From Candidatus Hydrothermota bacterium (lineage in GTDB: Bacteria > Hydrothermota > Hydrothermia > B15-G9 > DRBW01), in NCBI GenBank assembly GCA_021158525.1, contig JAGGUL010000079.1:1-60294 (forward strand): 60,294 nucleotides of DNA. The letters are read 5' to 3'. The notes beneath the pieces were generated by a model. That model searched no databases. It was not told the origin of the DNA and saw only the letters and a list, made by a program, of their open reading frames with translations. Position numbers and translations under genes: made by a program. Positions 56,721 to 60,294 of the stretch are shown in pieces (the first letter of the stretch is position 1; each line of letters opens with the position of its first letter).

Positions 56721-57429
56721 TTCCCCCCTTTTTACCAAGGACGTAAAGAGCTATCGCCGTGCTGGAGCTCACGTTTAGCGAGCTAACTTTCCCGTACATG
56801 GGTATAGTGAGCACGAAATCTGCTATTTTGAGCAAACTCTTCCTCACCCCGCTGCCCTCAGACCCGGCTATTAGGGCCAGAGGAAAGGCGACATCCACGC
56901 TTTCTATGTCGTCTCCGCCGGTTTCAAGGGCGGCGATCCACAGACCTTTTTCCCTGTATTTAAGGAGAAATGAGGCGAGGCCATCCCTCCTGGCTATGGG
57001 AATGTGAAAGGCTGCTCCTGCCGAGGCCCTCACCACCGCCTCGCTCAAAGGGACGCTTCTCGACTTGCTCATGATGATACCAGTGACGCCAAAAGCTTCT
57101 GCCGTCCTTATTATGTTGCCCGCGTTCTGAGGGTCCTGGATCCCGTCGAGAACCAGGACCAGGCCCCTTTCCCTCAGCGCCCTCTCGACTATACTCTCCG
57201 CCGAAACCAGCGGGACCTCTGGAATTACGGCTATAATCCCCTGGTGGTGCAGGCCACCGGAGAGGGCATCGAGCTTCGCCCTGGGCACCACCTGAACTTT
57301 AACTCCTTTCTCCTCGATCAGCTCTGCAAGCCTCCGGGGGAGGTGGGTGTTTTTCGCAACAAGTATCTTTTCCACCTCGAGGTCGCCTCTGAGGGCCTCC
57401 TCCACGCTATGTCTGCCCACCGCGAGCAA
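56704..57429 (-). CDS. rlmB: 23S rRNA Gm2251 methyltransferase (SPOUT)
   Basis: HQGI, LDGIQDPQNAGNIIRTA, GSEGSG, SLNVS. Confidence 0.9.
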   Translation of the reverse strand: MLAVGRHSVEEALRGDLEVEKILVAKNTHLPRRLAELIEEKGVKVQVVPRAKLDALSGGLHHQGIIAVIPEVPLVSAESIVERALRERGLVLVLDGIQDPQNAGNIIRTAEAFGVTGIIMSKSRSVPLSEAVVRASAGAAFHIPIARRDGLASFLLKYREKGLWIAALETGGDDIESVDVAFPLALIAGSEGSGVRKSLLKIADFVLTIPMYGKVSSLNVSSSTAIALYVLGKKGGINRPE

Positions 57430-57431
57430 CG

Positions 57432-57953
57432 CTAAAGTCCCTCTTCGAATTCTGCCCCGGCTTTAAGAAGTCCCTTTTTAAACTCTTTATAGGCAGCCTG
57501 ATCGTACAGGACGAAGATAACCTCCTCAGGGTATTCCTGATCGTTAAATTTCGACACCTCTTCATACATTATTTCGGCAGCCCTTTGATAGGGAAATCCA
57601 CCCACACCGGTGCCCAGGGCGGGGAAAGCAACGCTTTTCATTTTCATCTCCACAGCTCGCTTCATGGCGTTCCGCGTGGCTTTTCTTATCTTATCCTCGT
57701 CGGTCCTGAAGTCCATCCCCATAGTAGCCCCGTGAATCACATACTTCGCCTTGAGCTTTCCCGCTCCCGTGACGACGGCCTCTCCGATTTCTATGGGCCC
57801 CTTCTCCATCGCCTCCTTTTCTATCTCACGCCCACCCTTACGCCTTATGGCTCCCGCAACACCGCCCCCCATGATGAGCCTGTTGTTGGCGGCGTTGACG
57901 ATCGCATCTACATCGAGCTCGGTTATATCGCCCTTTATCAGCCTGATCTTCAT
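57432..57953 (-). CDS. Macro domain protein (ADP-ribose binding/hydrolase)
   Basis: GDIT, DAIVNAAN, GGGVAGAI, FPALGTGVGG. Confidence 0.93.
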   Translation of the reverse strand: MKIRLIKGDITELDVDAIVNAANNRLIMGGGVAGAIRRKGGREIEKEAMEKGPIEIGEAVVTGAGKLKAKYVIHGATMGMDFRTDEDKIRKATRNAMKRAVEMKMKSVAFPALGTGVGGFPYQRAAEIMYEEVSKFNDQEYPEEVIFVLYDQAAYKEFKKGLLKAGAEFEEGL

Positions 57954-57957
57954 CCTC

Positions 57958-58884
57958 TCACCTCCCCTTGAGAGCCGACATAAGGTTCTCTCTATCGGAC
58001 GGTTTTTCGAAGGGATAAAAATTCGCTCCCGGCAGGGTCTTCCTCACGAGCCCACACAACACCTTGCCGGGGCCAATCTCAATAAATCCGGTAACTCCAA
58101 GTTCCCTTGCCGAGTTGAGGGTATCGACGAACAGCACGGGACTGAGAAGCTGCTTCTTTAAATTTTCCCTGATCACATCGACATCATCGGTGGGCTTTCC
58201 CAGTGCATTGGGGATCACCGGTACGCGTGGGGAATTGAATCTGACGCCGTCCAGCACCTTCTCGAACTCCGCAGCGGCCTCTTTCATCAGCGGGGAATGG
58301 AAGGCTGCCGACACTTTGAGCATCACGGCTTTTCTCGCGCCCATCTCTTTTGCGAGGCGAACAGCTTCCTCGAGCTCGTCCTTAGCACCCGACAGCACCA
58401 CCTGCTCCGGCGAGTTGATGTTCGCGAGAACGACGTTGTCGAATTTTTCCGCGATTTCTTTCAGTTTACCGATCTCCAGGCCTATTATAGCGGCCATAGC
58501 CCCCGGCCACTTCTCGCCAGCTTTCGCCATGAGCTCACCCCTCGCCTTGACTAGCTTGAGAGCATCCTCGAACGTGAAGACAGAAGCGGCGTAAAGGGCG
58601 CTGAACTCGCCCAGGCTGTGCCCGAAAACCACGCCGGGCTCCAGATCTTTCAAAGCTTCGAGGGCCATGGCCTCGACCACGAAAAGGGCCGGCTGGGTAT
58701 ACCTGGTGTCGGTGAGCTTCTCCATGGGACCCTCGAAGCAGAGCTCGCGAAGGGGCAGACCTGTTATTTCTTCCGCCTTTAACATGAGCTCCCGCGCGGC
58801 CTCAAGCTCATCGTATAATTCTCTGCCCATCCCCACTTTCTGGGAGCCCTGTCCCGGAAACATAAAAGCGATCTTGCTCATCAT
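57958..58884 (-). CDS. fabD: Malonyl-CoA:ACP transacylase
   Basis: FPGQGSQ, TQPA, GHSLGE, AFHS, EIGPG. Confidence 0.96.
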   Translation of the reverse strand: MMSKIAFMFPGQGSQKVGMGRELYDELEAARELMLKAEEITGLPLRELCFEGPMEKLTDTRYTQPALFVVEAMALEALKDLEPGVVFGHSLGEFSALYAASVFTFEDALKLVKARGELMAKAGEKWPGAMAAIIGLEIGKLKEIAEKFDNVVLANINSPEQVVLSGAKDELEEAVRLAKEMGARKAVMLKVSAAFHSPLMKEAAAEFEKVLDGVRFNSPRVPVIPNALGKPTDDVDVIRENLKKQLLSPVLFVDTLNSARELGVTGFIEIGPGKVLCGLVRKTLPGANFYPFEKPSDRENLMSALKGR

Positions 58885-58893
58885 GTCCTCCTT

Positions 58894-60060
58894 TTATGTC
58901 GTTTCCTTGAGAACAAATCCTTTTAGATACTCGCTCTCCCTGAACCCCAGGAGAACAGGATGATCCTTTGCCTGACCCAGCCTCTCGAGGAGGACAAAAT
59001 GTCTCCTGAGGTTCATGGCGGGTACCGTGAAACTCTCCAGGAGAGCCTCCCCGGTGATATAATGGGAACAGCTGAAGGTAACTATGTACCCGCCTGGTTC
59101 GAGGAGCCTGATTGCCCTGTCATGGAGGACCTTAAATCCGTTGATCGCCTCCTCCACCTGTCCTTTTTTCCTCGCGAAGGAAGGTGGATCCAGAACGATC
59201 ACATCAAACTTCATCCCTGAGAGCAACATCTCGTCTAAAAACTGAAAGGCCTCCTTTTCTATGGGCACGACTCTCTCCCTTTCGAAGGAATTGAGCGCTA
59301 CGTTCTTCATGAGCAGGGAGAGAGCGCTTTTTGACCTGTCAACTGCGTAAACCCTGGAAAAACCCGCTTTCAGGAGGTGAAGGGTAAATCCTCCAGTGTA
59401 AGAAAAGATGTCCAGTGCTTTAGTTCCCTTCACAAGGGAGACAACTCTTTCCCTATTTTCCCTCTGATCGAAGTAAAAGCCGGTTTTCTGCCCGCCGGCT
59501 ATGTCCACGAGATATTTGAGTCCGCTCACCTCGATCTCGAGGCTCTCGGGGATCTCGCCGTGGTGAAGGCGGTCAGCCAGAGGCAATCCCTCCTCGGCAC
59601 GGAGCGAACTGTCGCCCTTCTCAAAAATAAAGGACGGGGAGAAAAGGTCCTGCAAGGCGTAGATCACGTCTTTTTTGTGGCGCTCCACGCCATAGGAAAG
59701 CACCTGAATCACAAGTCCGTCCCCGTATTTATCGACTACAAGGCCCGGAACCCCGTCGGACTCTCCGAAAAGAACGCGGAAGGAATTCTCTCCGGTATAC
59801 AGAGATCGCCGCCACTCCAGCGCTTTCTCAAGCTTATTCCGCACAAAGTGATAGTCGAACTCGCGTTTCTCCCTGGAATAGAAGCGGAGGACGATCTTCG
59901 AATGGGGATTGAAAAAGGCCGATCCGAGAAACTGCCCACGTGTGGTATAGACCCCGACGCACTCGCCGGGCGAAGCTTCGCCGTCATCGACGAGGCTTTT
60001 GGCGTAGATCCAGGGGTGGAAATAGTACCATTTCTTCCCCTTTACCGTAACCCGTTTCAT
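58894..60060 (-). CDS. rlmI: RlmI-family rRNA m5C methyltransferase
   Basis: HPWIY, ESDGVPGL, GQKTGFYFDQREN, FSYTGGF, LDPPSF, FSCS, DHP, YLK. Confidence 0.9.
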   Translation of the reverse strand: MKRVTVKGKKWYYFHPWIYAKSLVDDGEASPGECVGVYTTRGQFLGSAFFNPHSKIVLRFYSREKREFDYHFVRNKLEKALEWRRSLYTGENSFRVLFGESDGVPGLVVDKYGDGLVIQVLSYGVERHKKDVIYALQDLFSPSFIFEKGDSSLRAEEGLPLADRLHHGEIPESLEIEVSGLKYLVDIAGGQKTGFYFDQRENRERVVSLVKGTKALDIFSYTGGFTLHLLKAGFSRVYAVDRSKSALSLLMKNVALNSFERERVVPIEKEAFQFLDEMLLSGMKFDVIVLDPPSFARKKGQVEEAINGFKVLHDRAIRLLEPGGYIVTFSCSHYITGEALLESFTVPAMNLRRHFVLLERLGQAKDHPVLLGFRESEYLKGFVLKETT

Positions 60061-60067
60061 CGGGTGA

Positions 60068-60097
60068 ATTCTACCGCCAGGGCACGGCCAAATTCAA
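60068..60097 (-). promoter_or_regulatory. Sigma70-type promoter, leaderless geometry for rlmI
   Basis: TTGAAT-18-TAGAAT, 7 nt before ATG 60060; no SD. Confidence 0.6.
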
Positions 60098-60294
60098 CCC
60101 GAGGGCGTATCGGCAGGTACGCCCTTTCAAAGTGCCACTGCTTTCTCTTACAAGTTGAATCTGCCTTCAACCGGAAATTCTTTTCCCCATCGATAGCACT
60201 ATGGCTTTCATGAAAGGGAAATAGGACCTGTCAAAACAGAAATCCCTTTCTATCTCCCACGCTTCAAAAGCAAAAGTTTCCTCGTCTCCCTGAC

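Noticed and set aside
1-60294. CRISPR array, DGR/retron reverse transcriptase, transposase, integrase or prophage
   Set aside because: No spaced direct repeats, RT motifs, DDE or tyrosine-recombinase motifs, or phage structural genes were recognised by eye

Overview
Gene-dense chromosomal window (~50 CDS, one tRNA-Leu(CAA)) from a diderm, probably anaerobic, peptide-fermenting bacterium. Several secreted proteins carry FlgD/T9SS-like C-terminal domains, which suggests an FCB-related lineage such as WOR-3 (inference only). From left to right: a 7.5-kb thiol-redox locus (TlpA, two Omp28-like CxxC proteins, a DUF6029-like barrel, a membrane-anchored GltD-like Fe-S flavoprotein, a NapH-like polyferredoxin and a CxxC mini-protein) with two homopolymer frameshifts; an AT-rich two-gene island behind a large nested inverted repeat; ZIP/VOC/DUF2202; an alpha-2-macroglobulin/pbpC pair fused by an internal deletion; dacB, prsW and a VIT-vWA protein; three secreted CTD proteins; a hook-less SbcCD-like pair; udk; an S9 peptidase; buk-ptb-ackA-SDR; ribD; a reduced pilM-to-pilQ-like cluster; porin-hom-aldehyde dehydrogenase; tRNA-glmS-yicC-gmk; rlmI-fabD-macro-rlmB. 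Window-wide patterns are frequent leaderless-type promoters and overlap at all six convergent gene pairs. No CRISPR array, rRNA, transposase or integrase was recognised. Domain calls come from motif recognition by eye, not database searches.
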